Source: Alphaproteobacteria bacterium
GTDB taxonomy: Bacteria > Pseudomonadota > Alphaproteobacteria > Puniceispirillales > Puniceispirillaceae
Assembly (NCBI GenBank): GCA_011522945.1
Contig: WTHY01000150.1
Span: forward strand, 1 to 38,448
Direction: 5' to 3'
Length of the DNA: 38,448 nt
Part shown: one piece after another, positions 8,411 to 16,514 of the stretch
Numbering within the stretch: the first letter of the stretch is position 1
How the letters are laid out: the number at the start of each line of letters is the position of its first letter
Notes under the pieces: model-generated
The model's database searches: none
Told to the model about the DNA's origin: nothing
Seen by the model: the letters and a program-made list of their open reading frames with translations, nothing else
Position numbers and translations under genes: made by a program

Positions 8411-9499
8411 TTATAGCTCAGCAAAAGCCTGTACATCACGCAGCGGTGTACGGGTATGGCGAACACGAAGCTCCATAAGACCGGCAGGCCCAAAACCGAG
8501 AATATCTGGATGGCGCGGCGCAATTTCAGCTAGCCTATCCAACAAGGCTTTTGCCATATTTTGCCCAGACCGGCTCAAACGCGGCAAATCAAACAGTATA
8601 ATACCTGCATATTGCCGCAATGTAATTTGCTGCATCAAAACAGCGCACGCCTCTATGACAAGCGCTTCTGCCGAAAGTTTTGATGCAGCAGAATCAACAT
8701 CAACTGCGACTAATGCTTTTGTTTGTGAAAACCACAGAGTTATGCCACTTTGTGTGGTCACAACCTCACGGCAAGCTGCCTCTGATTGTTCGGCAGCGAG
8801 GTCCCATAAATCATGCGTTGCATCAATAATGTTATCTGCCTCTGGCGCCTGTAGCTTTGCACGCATTAGCGCTGGCACACCGTTAAATATACAAGACGGC
8901 TCAGATGGTGTTGTATGTAATGCAGGTGCAACTTCTTCGGCAAGCGCCACCAAAGTGCTAACCTCTTTTGCAATCACATCATCTTCTGCAAGAGACGCTC
9001 GTCTACGGAGAACCAAATCTAACTTATCAGGCAGTGATTTTTGTAGAATGTCGATAGTGTTATGGCGCCCTTCATCTGGCTTTTCTGACTGTTTAAAGGA
9101 TGTGCGGACCACACCACTCCCCAGCAGTTTTATAATTGAAAACGCCCCAGCGATTTCCGCGCCTAATATAGCTTGGGCTGGCTTGTCTGCATATGCCTCA
9201 GCTGTGAGTGTGACAATTACCAACTTCCCAGATTGCAATTTAGCAGAGACCGGCATGCGCAGTGAGGCAGGGCGACCATCATGCAATATAATATTGGCCC
9301 GCCTATGTTGCGGAAAGATTTGACTTACACGCGCCCAAATGATCTGCCCTATCACACTCTCTTCAGGCTTGTGCCAAATCTCCAGCAAAGTTCGATTATG
9401 AAAAAAAGCAAGTTTCTGCGGCTTATCTGCACTATCTGCTACAACCAGATTGCATGTTGCGGCTGCAAGAACCCTGTCATAATGCTGACTAGCTGACAT
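8411..9499 (-). CDS. Ribonuclease E/G family protein (short alphaproteobacterial form)
   Basis: 362 aa. The AVDVDSA segment resembles the RNase E/G DNase-I-like motif. The gene occupies the maf / RNase E/G-like / yacG position, and its ATG overlaps the maf stop (TAATG). Confidence 0.6.
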   Translation of the reverse strand: MSASQHYDRVLAAATCNLVVADSADKPQKLAFFHNRTLLEIWHKPEESVIGQIIWARVSQIFPQHRRANIILHDGRPASLRMPVSAKLQSGKLVIVTLTAEAYADKPAQAILGAEIAGAFSIIKLLGSGVVRTSFKQSEKPDEGRHNTIDILQKSLPDKLDLVLRRRASLAEDDVIAKEVSTLVALAEEVAPALHTTPSEPSCIFNGVPALMRAKLQAPEADNIIDATHDLWDLAAEQSEAACREVVTTQSGITLWFSQTKALVAVDVDSAASKLSAEALVIEACAVLMQQITLRQYAGIILFDLPRLSRSGQNMAKALLDRLAEIAPRHPDILGFGPAGLMELRVRHTRTPLRDVQAFAEL

Positions 9500-10080
9500 T
9501 ACGAATACCCCACCGCTCTCAACATGCCAGAGGTTTGATATAAATCGAGACCAACAATATTGGAATATGACCCTGAAATTGTTGAAATATATCTAGCTGC
9601 CATACCTTGTATCGCATACCCGCCAGCCTTGCCTTGCCAATCTCCAAACTGGATATAGGCGTCCAGCTCATCAGCTGCCAGACGCCGAAACCTCACCGTT
9701 GAAACACTCAATCTTTGATAGGCTCTTCCATCCTTATTCATGAGGCAAATGCCGCCAAAAACGCGATGTTGACGACCAGATAGCAGTTTCAGACAAGCAC
9801 ACGCCTCTGCTTCGGTTTCCGCCTTTGGTAAGATACGCCTGCCAACAGCAACAACAGTATCAGCAGCCAAAACCCGTGTTTCTGAATAATTACCAGCAAT
9901 TTTTATAGCCTTTTCATAGGCCATTCTTTCGGCATATTGGGCCGGCGTTTCGGTTGGCAGAGCTGTTTCACCAATATCAGCAGGCACAATTTCTGTCGGG
10001 CTTATGCCAATTTGTGCTAAGAGCTCTACCCGCCTTGGCGATGCTGATGCTAAGATGAATGGCGTATGATCTAGTGACAT
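9499..10080 (-). CDS. maf: Maf-like nucleoside triphosphate pyrophosphatase
   Basis: 193 aa with ILASASPRRVELL, ADTVV and GAYGIQ-like (GGYAIQG) motifs. Confidence 0.9.
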   Translation of the reverse strand: MSLDHTPFILASASPRRVELLAQIGISPTEIVPADIGETALPTETPAQYAERMAYEKAIKIAGNYSETRVLAADTVVAVGRRILPKAETEAEACACLKLLSGRQHRVFGGICLMNKDGRAYQRLSVSTVRFRRLAADELDAYIQFGDWQGKAGGYAIQGMAARYISTISGSYSNIVGLDLYQTSGMLRAVGYS

Positions 10081-10293
10081 AGAGTCTTGGCTTTCTTAAA
10101 TAAGGTTAAGAGCAAACTGCACCATACAGCTCTATTTGCCTCACATCCGATAGTTGCAACTCGGCAACCTGCTTCGATGTTACAAATATGGCTATCAAAT
10201 ACCTACCAATTACTGAAAAGCCTGCCAACGCCAACATATATGAAATCGCGGAAAACAAGCTATGGTGTCACCAACAAATCCGCGACCAGTGAT

Positions 10294-10368
10294 AGTCTGA
10301 TTGGTATTAGGATGGCTGGCATTAGTCTGGCCGGCATTAGTCTGGCTGGCAATAGTTAGGCGACTAAT
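10294..10368. repeat. Tandem array with 15-nt period, about 5 units, consensus AGTCTGGCYGGCATT
   Basis: The units are agtctgattggtatt, aggatggctggcatt, agtctggccggcatt, agtctggctggcaat and agttaggcgactaat. The last unit overlaps the stop codon of the 10364..11416 CDS. Confidence 0.8.
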
Positions 10369-11416
10369 CGCCGAAATGTTCCATTTCTTTTTTGCCACGG
10401 CGAATCTGGGCAGCAGCATCAAGCAAGATATTTGCTGCTTTTTCTAACTGGTCTGCTTTGGCGCCATGGTCTGTGTGAAATCCATCTGCAAGCACAGCTT
10501 TTTCCAGCAATCTAGTTGCATGCAGGGCTGAATGACGAGAAAATTCGGTTGTCACCACATCCTCAGGATCAGCATGACAAAGCTGGTCATAGCGCGAATA
10601 ATCTGAAATGGCGGGATCTGCAGCCACATAGCCATTGACCATTGTAATCCGCTCTCCTGGTTTTGTCAGACCTTTTGCCTGATGCACAACCAGATTACCT
10701 TGCTGAAGAATAGCATATCCCGGTCCAGGCATGGCAGGAGATATAATCTTCTCTGGCGGCACTTCAGCACCTGACGCCTTTAGGGCTGCCATCTCTTGTT
10801 TCGTGCCTTTGAAATATTGAAACTGGCCGCCTTCATATTGGGTTGGGTCAGTCACGAACATCACATAGTCAAAGCGCAATGTGTCAACGTGCCATTTATC
10901 AACATTGGCCCCAATTTTCGCTGGATTAAAATTCATATGGCCTAACTGATGCGGAATCGTATGCGGCATGAGAGGCAAACCAGCAATCTCGGACAGAAAC
11001 TGCGTTATATCCTCACATAAACATAAATCACGTAAGAATTTCGACCTGTATACGCCGCCACGTACATTCCGCTCAATGCGCGGATTTGACGTTGCAAATG
11101 GCTCCAGCGCCTTGGCTGTCTGATGCAATGCGGCAGCACCTTCTGCACTCAATATGCGAAAGACTGACGTAGCGGCAAAATCCACAGGACTATCTGCCAG
11201 ACCCGTGTCTCTATCATAGCCAAAATCTTGCAAGCTAAATATGTCGGAAGGCGCTTCAAGCTGTAAATGCAAGGCAGGGTTGAAGACAGGCTCATCCTTA
11301 AGCTGCGTAAATCCCTCCGGCAGAGACTCTTGGACCAGAGAATCTTGGATCAGAGAAGCTTGGGCCAGCGAATTTTGGACCAGAATATCTTGCGTCAACG
11401 CATCATTCATTTGCAC
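10364..11416 (-). CDS. Hypothetical protein, possibly an Fe(II)/2-oxoglutarate-oxygenase-like (double-stranded beta-helix) enzyme
   Basis: 350-aa ORF. WHVDT (HxD), GGQFQYF, VVHQAKG (distal His) and ERITMV (Arg) occur in the order and spacing typical of 2OG oxygenases. The N-terminus carries pentapeptide repeats. The fold assignment is inference only. Confidence 0.55.
   Translation of the reverse strand: MQMNDALTQDILVQNSLAQASLIQDSLVQESLPEGFTQLKDEPVFNPALHLQLEAPSDIFSLQDFGYDRDTGLADSPVDFAATSVFRILSAEGAAALHQTAKALEPFATSNPRIERNVRGGVYRSKFLRDLCLCEDITQFLSEIAGLPLMPHTIPHQLGHMNFNPAKIGANVDKWHVDTLRFDYVMFVTDPTQYEGGQFQYFKGTKQEMAALKASGAEVPPEKIISPAMPGPGYAILQQGNLVVHQAKGLTKPGERITMVNGYVAADPAISDYSRYDQLCHADPEDVVTTEFSRHSALHATRLLEKAVLADGFHTDHGAKADQLEKAANILLDAAAQIRRGKKEMEHFGD
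11321..11395. repeat. In-frame tandem array, 15 nt x 5, inside the 5' end of the 10364..11416 CDS
   Basis: Plus-strand units are cagagactcttggac, cagagaatcttggat, cagagaagcttgggc, cagcgaattttggac and cagaatatcttgcgt. They encode QDILV QNSLA QASLI QDSLV QESLP. Confidence 0.85.
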
Positions 11417-11511
11417 ATCTCTTACTATAGCAAACCAGCTTGGAGCTAACCAGCTGGCCCTTTAGCGCAAGGGCACTAATGCACGGTCAGACCAATATTC
11501 ATACCTGAATT

Positions 11512-11730
11512 TTATTTGAAGCGGAACGTGATACGACCTTTGGTTAGGTCATATGGTGTCATTTCAACATTAACTCTATCACCTGCAAGTACACGAATGC
11601 GGTTCTTCCGCATTTTTCCACTTGTATGTGCTAAAACCTCATGCTCATTATCAAGCTTTACCCGAAACATAGCATTCGGCAGCAATTCTGCGACAGTGCC
11701 GGAAAATTCAATTACGCCTTCCTTGGCCAT
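11512..11730 (-). CDS. infA: Translation initiation factor IF-1
   Basis: [13 protein letters not shown]...RITFRFK is highly conserved IF-1. The second ATG (MAKE) is preferred because an AGG lies 9 nt upstream. The ORF track start is 11736. Confidence 0.95.
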   Translation of the reverse strand: MAKEGVIEFSGTVAELLPNAMFRVKLDNEHEVLAHTSGKMRKNRIRVLAGDRVNVEMTPYDLTKGRITFRFK

Positions 11731-11806
11731 ATTCATTTACCTATATGGTTGAAACTGGGTTGGAGTGAACCGCAAACTGACCCTTAAAGTCAAGCTATAT
11801 CCGGAA

Positions 11807-12223
11807 TTATAGACCAAAGCTTTCCTGAATCTGTGTGATAATTTCATCACGTACCGCCCGATAGGCATGAAGCTGCGCTTCTCGATTGCCATCGCCGCCG
11901 ACTGGCTCTGATATGGGCCAATGCTTATGGTCTATATCTGGACCAGCCCAGCTTTCGGCTTCTAGCTTGGCCTCAGCTGACATAGAAATCACAAGACGAA
12001 AATCTTCGGGGTTTAAAGCCATGAAATCCTGAGCAATATGGTCTGTAACATCAAGGTCAATTTCCTGCATTACAGCTGCAGTAAAACCATTTGCTGGCCC
12101 TGGCATAACCCCACAAGACTGCGCCTGTTTGCCGGAAAGTTGTTTATATATCGCCTCTGCCATGACAGAGCGCACCCCATTTAGGGTGCAAGCAAACAAA
12201 ACAGGTTTATCGTCAGCTTGCAT
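11807..12223 (-). CDS. Low-molecular-weight phosphotyrosine phosphatase / ArsC-like family protein
   Basis: CTLNGVRS matches the C-x5-R-S/T P-loop. The ATG overlaps the upstream stop (TAATG). The gene sits in the conserved position upstream of infA. Confidence 0.8.
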   Translation of the reverse strand: MQADDKPVLFACTLNGVRSVMAEAIYKQLSGKQAQSCGVMPGPANGFTAAVMQEIDLDVTDHIAQDFMALNPEDFRLVISMSAEAKLEAESWAGPDIDHKHWPISEPVGGDGNREAQLHAYRAVRDEIITQIQESFGL

Positions 12224-12702
12224 TAGCTAACCCTCCGTGCAGTCATGACAAACATCAGTGTAAATAGGCGCCTGGCTGTCAGCTCATCCATAGTGGCAAA
12301 ATTCAACAATCTTTCCTTTAATAATTCAGACCCTTCATTATGAAGTGCGCGGCGGCCCATATCGATAGCCTGAATTTGGCTTGGAGACTTTGTTCGAATA
12401 GCATCATAATAGGTGAGACAGACTTGGCCATAATCGCGCATGATGCGGCGAAATGGACCTAAGGCAAGCACAAGGCCATTGAGCTGGCCACCAGCTTCAT
12501 CCTGCACATCAAAATGTACGTGGCGCATATCTGTGCGCAACATTAAACGATAGGGCCCATCCACCTGCGCTAAATGGAATATATTCTCATCCAAAATATC
12601 ATAGATAGCAACCGCCTGCTCATGCTGGTGCTCGGCAGATAATATCCGCGATGGGTCTTGTTCAACCTCAATATGAATCAGTCTGTTCTGACTCAAATTC
12701 AC
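12223..12702 (-). CDS. UPF0262 family protein
   Basis: EHQHEQAVAIYDILDEN, GPFRRIMRDY and AIDMGRRALHNEGSELL match my recollection of the alphaproteobacterial UPF0262 family. Confidence 0.8.
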   Translation of the reverse strand: MNLSQNRLIHIEVEQDPSRILSAEHQHEQAVAIYDILDENIFHLAQVDGPYRLMLRTDMRHVHFDVQDEAGGQLNGLVLALGPFRRIMRDYGQVCLTYYDAIRTKSPSQIQAIDMGRRALHNEGSELLKERLLNFATMDELTARRLFTLMFVMTARRVS

Positions 12703-12752
12703 CTCATTACCAATCGCTCTAATGCTATTTTTTCAGATTGGCCCTGATGTCA

Positions 12753-13460
12753 TCAGGCCTGGTCTGACACAGCATTTCGTATTTGTTCTATCCAGTGGCC
12801 AATCCGCTCAGGCTGCATCTTCCAGGCTGCACGATTAACAGCATATCGAGAGGATATCGTTGCGATCTCCTCAACTTCTACGAGGCCATTTGCAACTAAT
12901 GTTGAGCCTGTTTCAACCAGATCTACAATCCGCCGGCACAGACCCATACCAGGGGCCAGCTCCATTGCCCCATTGAGCTTAATGCATTCAGCACGAACAC
13001 CTCGGGCTGAGAAATGCTTTTGTGTTACATTCGGATATTTTGTGGCAACCCGCAAATGAGACCATTGACGAGGGTCATCCTGCTCTGCCAATTCTGCAAG
13101 GCTGGCAACGACCATACGGCATTTCCCAACATGCAAATCCACTGGCGCATATATTTCCGGGTGATCAAATTCCATCAGCACGTCAGAGCCGGCAATGCCC
13201 ATTTGTGCAGCACCATAGGCAAGGAAAGTCGCCACATCAAAGCTGCGTACACGTATAATATCCAGATAATCGATATTTGTAGAAAAGCGTAGACGCCTAT
13301 CAGACGCTTCAAAAAACGCTGCCTCTGGCTCTATACCAGCCCGAGACAAAATAGGCAGCACTTGATCCAATATCCGTCCCTTAGGCAAGGCAAGCACAAG
13401 CTTTCCATCATCAATAGAGGCGCCTGTTTCTGTCAATGTGGCGCGATATTCTGGTGTCAT
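12753..13460 (-). CDS. hisG: ATP phosphoribosyltransferase, short form
   Basis: 235 aa with LALPKGRIL, a GIAGSDVL segment, LRVATKYPN and [16 protein letters not shown]. Confidence 0.9.
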   Translation of the reverse strand: MTPEYRATLTETGASIDDGKLVLALPKGRILDQVLPILSRAGIEPEAAFFEASDRRLRFSTNIDYLDIIRVRSFDVATFLAYGAAQMGIAGSDVLMEFDHPEIYAPVDLHVGKCRMVVASLAELAEQDDPRQWSHLRVATKYPNVTQKHFSARGVRAECIKLNGAMELAPGMGLCRRIVDLVETGSTLVANGLVEVEEIATISSRYAVNRAAWKMQPERIGHWIEQIRNAVSDQA

Positions 13461-13582
13461 TATCTTACCTAAACCTATTTATTCTCTGGCTAATATACCT
13501 ATTGTCTCAGCCCATTTTGCACAGTCTAAATGCTTAGTATGTGCAATATCTATCAGTTCTGCACTCAGACTCAGCCAACTGC

Positions 13583-14029
13583 CTATTGGTGGTGCGGCTG
13601 AGCCGGAGTTGGATAGTCTACTGACAAATCTGCCAGCACTAACCGCAAATCTGACACATGCAGCCTGATTTCAGCACCAGCTGAAAAAACTAGCCGCAAA
13701 GATTGTTTAGGCTTCTCATACTCAATTGCGAGCAAATTGTAAAACCCTGAACGGTCTTCCATACCGCGTTGCTGTACAGATAGAACATCCGCAATGCGCA
13801 AGCCAGCCATAGTTCTCGCATAGACAGGCTTGCCATCCTGCGGATTTTGTATGGATGGCTGCTCCCAGCAAAATCGATTCACTACAGCTAAAAACTCACC
13901 AACAGCTACATCATGTTGCATGTCTGACGGCGTACAAAGCGCGTCTTGAAGCAAGCTAGACACGACATCAATATCATCTGTATTTCTCACAAGTAATTTT
14001 ACTGGGTCTGCCATCGGCATAATCCTCAA
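13583..14029 (-). CDS. DUF2948 family protein
   Basis: 148 aa. The N-terminal segment KLLVRNTDDIDVVSSLLQDA and the position directly downstream of murA match the family as I recall it. Confidence 0.55.
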   Translation of the reverse strand: MRIMPMADPVKLLVRNTDDIDVVSSLLQDALCTPSDMQHDVAVGEFLAVVNRFCWEQPSIQNPQDGKPVYARTMAGLRIADVLSVQQRGMEDRSGFYNLLAIEYEKPKQSLRLVFSAGAEIRLHVSDLRLVLADLSVDYPTPAQPHHQ

Positions 14030-14041
14030 AATTTCCAGCGA

Positions 14042-15295
14042 CTAGGTCTGAATGCGCTGCAATTTTGCACCGCAAGCGCCAAGCTTTTGCTCTAACCGGC
14101 TATAGCCACGATCTAGATGATAGATCCGATTAACGCGACTGACCCCATCTATTGTCAATGCGGCAAGCACAAGTGAGATAGACGCACGTAAATCTGTTGC
14201 CATAACAGGCGCTGGCTTGAGTGCTTCACGACCCTTCACCACAGCAGACCGGCCATCCACAATTATATTGGCACCCATACGCGCAAGTTCAGGCACATGC
14301 ATGAACCGATTTTCAAAAATCGTTTCTGATATAACAGAGCTGCCATCCGCAAGGCACATCATAGCCATATATTGTGCTTGCAAATCTGTGGCAAAACCTG
14401 GATATGGACGTGTTTCAATATCGACAGCCTGCAGTCGATTTGAGGCACTTATCTCTGCCCAGTCAGCGCCTGTTTTGATGCTAGCCCCCGCATCTCGCAT
14501 CACATCAAAAAGCGATTCCAAATGCTCTGGGACAATTGTCTCTAACCGCAAATGCCCACATGTCATTGCGGCCCCTATCGCAAAGCTACCAGCTTCAATT
14601 CTATCTGGCAGGACCTGATGGTTTGTACTATGCAGCGCGTCAACACCCTCAATCGTGATAATATCTGTGCCATGTCCAGTGATTTTGGCACCCATAGCAT
14701 TCAAACAAGTGGCAAGGTCAATGATTTCTGGTTCACGAGCTGCCTGCACCAATTCTGTTGTACCCCGTGCCAAAGCTGCTGCCATCATAGCATTTTCAGT
14801 TGCCCCAACAGATACAAAGGGAAATACAATACGTGCCCCTGTCAGACCTTTTGGCGCCCGTGCCTGAATATAGCCATCCGCCAATTCCACTGTTGCACCG
14901 AGTTTCTGCATAGCCTTTACATGCAAATCAACGGGACGTGTGCCAATAGCACACCCGCCCGGCAGTGAGACACGCGCCTCACCATAACGAGCCAATAACG
15001 GGCCAAGTACCAGAATTGAAGCACGCATCTTGGCAACAAGCTCATAGGGTGCGTCAAAATTTGTAGCTGAGCCACTGAACGACACTGTCTCGTCGTTACG
15101 TGCAACTGTTAGCCCATGATGTTCAAGCAGCTCTATCATCGAATTTGTGTCTGCTAGCGCTGGCAGATTTTCCAGAGTCAGCTTATCTGCACCCATGAGA
15201 CTCACAGCCAGCAACGGCAATGCTGCATTTTTTGCGCCACTCACCTTTACTGTGCCGCGCAACGCTGTACCACCCGTGATTTCAAGTGCATCCAT
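14042..15295 (-). CDS. murA: UDP-N-acetylglucosamine 1-carboxyvinyltransferase
   Basis: 417 aa. SGAKNAALPLLA and PGGCAIGTRPVDLH (active-site Cys loop) are present, and MurA similarity runs the full length. Confidence 0.95.
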   Translation of the reverse strand: MDALEITGGTALRGTVKVSGAKNAALPLLAVSLMGADKLTLENLPALADTNSMIELLEHHGLTVARNDETVSFSGSATNFDAPYELVAKMRASILVLGPLLARYGEARVSLPGGCAIGTRPVDLHVKAMQKLGATVELADGYIQARAPKGLTGARIVFPFVSVGATENAMMAAALARGTTELVQAAREPEIIDLATCLNAMGAKITGHGTDIITIEGVDALHSTNHQVLPDRIEAGSFAIGAAMTCGHLRLETIVPEHLESLFDVMRDAGASIKTGADWAEISASNRLQAVDIETRPYPGFATDLQAQYMAMMCLADGSSVISETIFENRFMHVPELARMGANIIVDGRSAVVKGREALKPAPVMATDLRASISLVLAALTIDGVSRVNRIYHLDRGYSRLEQKLGACGAKLQRIQT

Positions 15296-15300
15296 AAGGC

Positions 15301-15492
15301 CTAGCTTTCTTCAGATGGTTTAGGGTCTGCTGATGATGAAAGGACATCTGTATCTACCGGCGCGTGAATAGCAGCTTGTTTTCGTGATCGCATTTGCTGT
15401 TTACGCCGAAATAGATTGTCGCGCAGCGCTTTAGACAATCTATCCTGCTTCTCACGCTTGTACTGGTCTTTATCTGTATCTGACTTGCGCAT
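15301..15492 (-). CDS. Small, highly basic hypothetical protein (63 aa)
   Basis: The ORF ends 5 nt before the murA start and is K/R/Q-rich. I recognise no family with confidence. Confidence 0.45.
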   Translation of the reverse strand: MRKSDTDKDQYKREKQDRLSKALRDNLFRRKQQMRSRKQAAIHAPVDTDVLSSSADPKPSEES

Positions 15493-15692
15493 GGCTATCG
15501 GGCGGATTCATCTACTTGTTGCAAAATATTACTTATGTAAAAGATATAGCTATTGATTGATGTGAGATCCACAAGAACAAATGCAAAATGCGCATTGGGC
15601 CAACATAAAGCTGCCAGATTTCGTAAATAGGCTTACTCTGCCTATAAACAGAGAACTGGCCTGTTAGGTCTAATCGCAAAAAGGTGCTGAAC

Positions 15693-16415
15693 ATGTCAGA
15701 CGATCAGAGTAAAACAACACGTTCAGGAAAATTACAGCGCTATCTGCTGCCGCTTATTCTCATGATTGGCTTGGTCAGCTTTTTTAGCTTTGGTGGCGCT
15801 GACATTCTGCGTTTTGAGACATTAGCTGCTGAATATAATGGCCTGAAGTCTCTGGTGCAGACTAATATTTTTTTGAGCTGCGCTATTTTTGCTGCCATGT
15901 ATATGTTGGCTGTGGCATTCTCTTTGCCTGTAGCTTTGCCTCTGACAATCGCAGGCGGTGCGATTTTAGGCTGGATAGCCGCGCCACTGATTATCCTATC
16001 AGCTACGTTTGGGGCTTGTATCGTCTTCATAGCTGCAAGAACCATTCTGGCAGACCTCTTACGCAAACGTGCAGGCGGCTTTCTGGAAAAGCTTGAGGCT
16101 GGCTTTCTAGAAAATGACTTTAACTATTTGCTTGCCATGCGCCTGATACCGGCCGCCCCGTTCTGGGTGATCAATATCGTGCCTGCTTTTACAAAGATGC
16201 CGCTTAGCCGGTATGCAACAGCAACTGCCATCGGCATTCTACCAGGCACAACCATTTATGTTTGGGTGGCACGTGGATTTGATCATGTGTTAGCAGCCGG
16301 TGACGTGCCAGATCTTAGCCTATTTGCGCGGCCTGAAATACTCGGCCCTCTAATCGGACTAGGTCTGCTGTCACTCATGCCTGTCATATGGCGTAAATTT
16401 AAATCCCGAACGTGA
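15693..16415 (+). CDS. TVP38/TMEM64 (DedA-superfamily, VTT domain) membrane protein
   Basis: Multi-pass membrane protein with RLIPAAPFWVINIVPA, a VTT-domain motif. The ATG at 15693 with AAAGG upstream is preferred to the GTG at 15684. Confidence 0.8.
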   Translation: MSDDQSKTTRSGKLQRYLLPLILMIGLVSFFSFGGADILRFETLAAEYNGLKSLVQTNIFLSCAIFAAMYMLAVAFSLPVALPLTIAGGAILGWIAAPLIILSATFGACIVFIAARTILADLLRKRAGGFLEKLEAGFLENDFNYLLAMRLIPAAPFWVINIVPAFTKMPLSRYATATAIGILPGTTIYVWVARGFDHVLAAGDVPDLSLFARPEILGPLIGLGLLSLMPVIWRKFKSRT

Positions 16416-16514
16416 TAGGCCCTACGGCACGATGCTCTTCAGCCACGATGTTTCCAGACCAAAAAACCCTGAGGCTAAACTGGCTAAGTCGATGCAGACC
16501 TAAAAGGAGATAAC

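Noticed and set aside
8400-9323. 307-aa ORF on the plus strand, antisense to the RNase E/G-like gene
   Set aside because: It lies entirely inside a better-supported minus-strand gene. Its translation is Ser/Ala/Arg/Cys-rich low-complexity sequence with no motif or RBS, which is typical of a shadow ORF.
10087-10422. Track ORFs 10087..10359 (+) and 10210..10422 (-)
   Set aside because: Their only notable content (LAGIS... and QTNAG... pentapeptides) is the translation of the 15-nt tandem array. Neither has start-site support, and the minus ORF overlaps the real CDS out of frame.
14217-15105. Several 60-140-aa ORFs overlapping murA on both strands
   Set aside because: They are all nested within the full-length, highly conserved murA frame. 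Their compositions are not protein-like.
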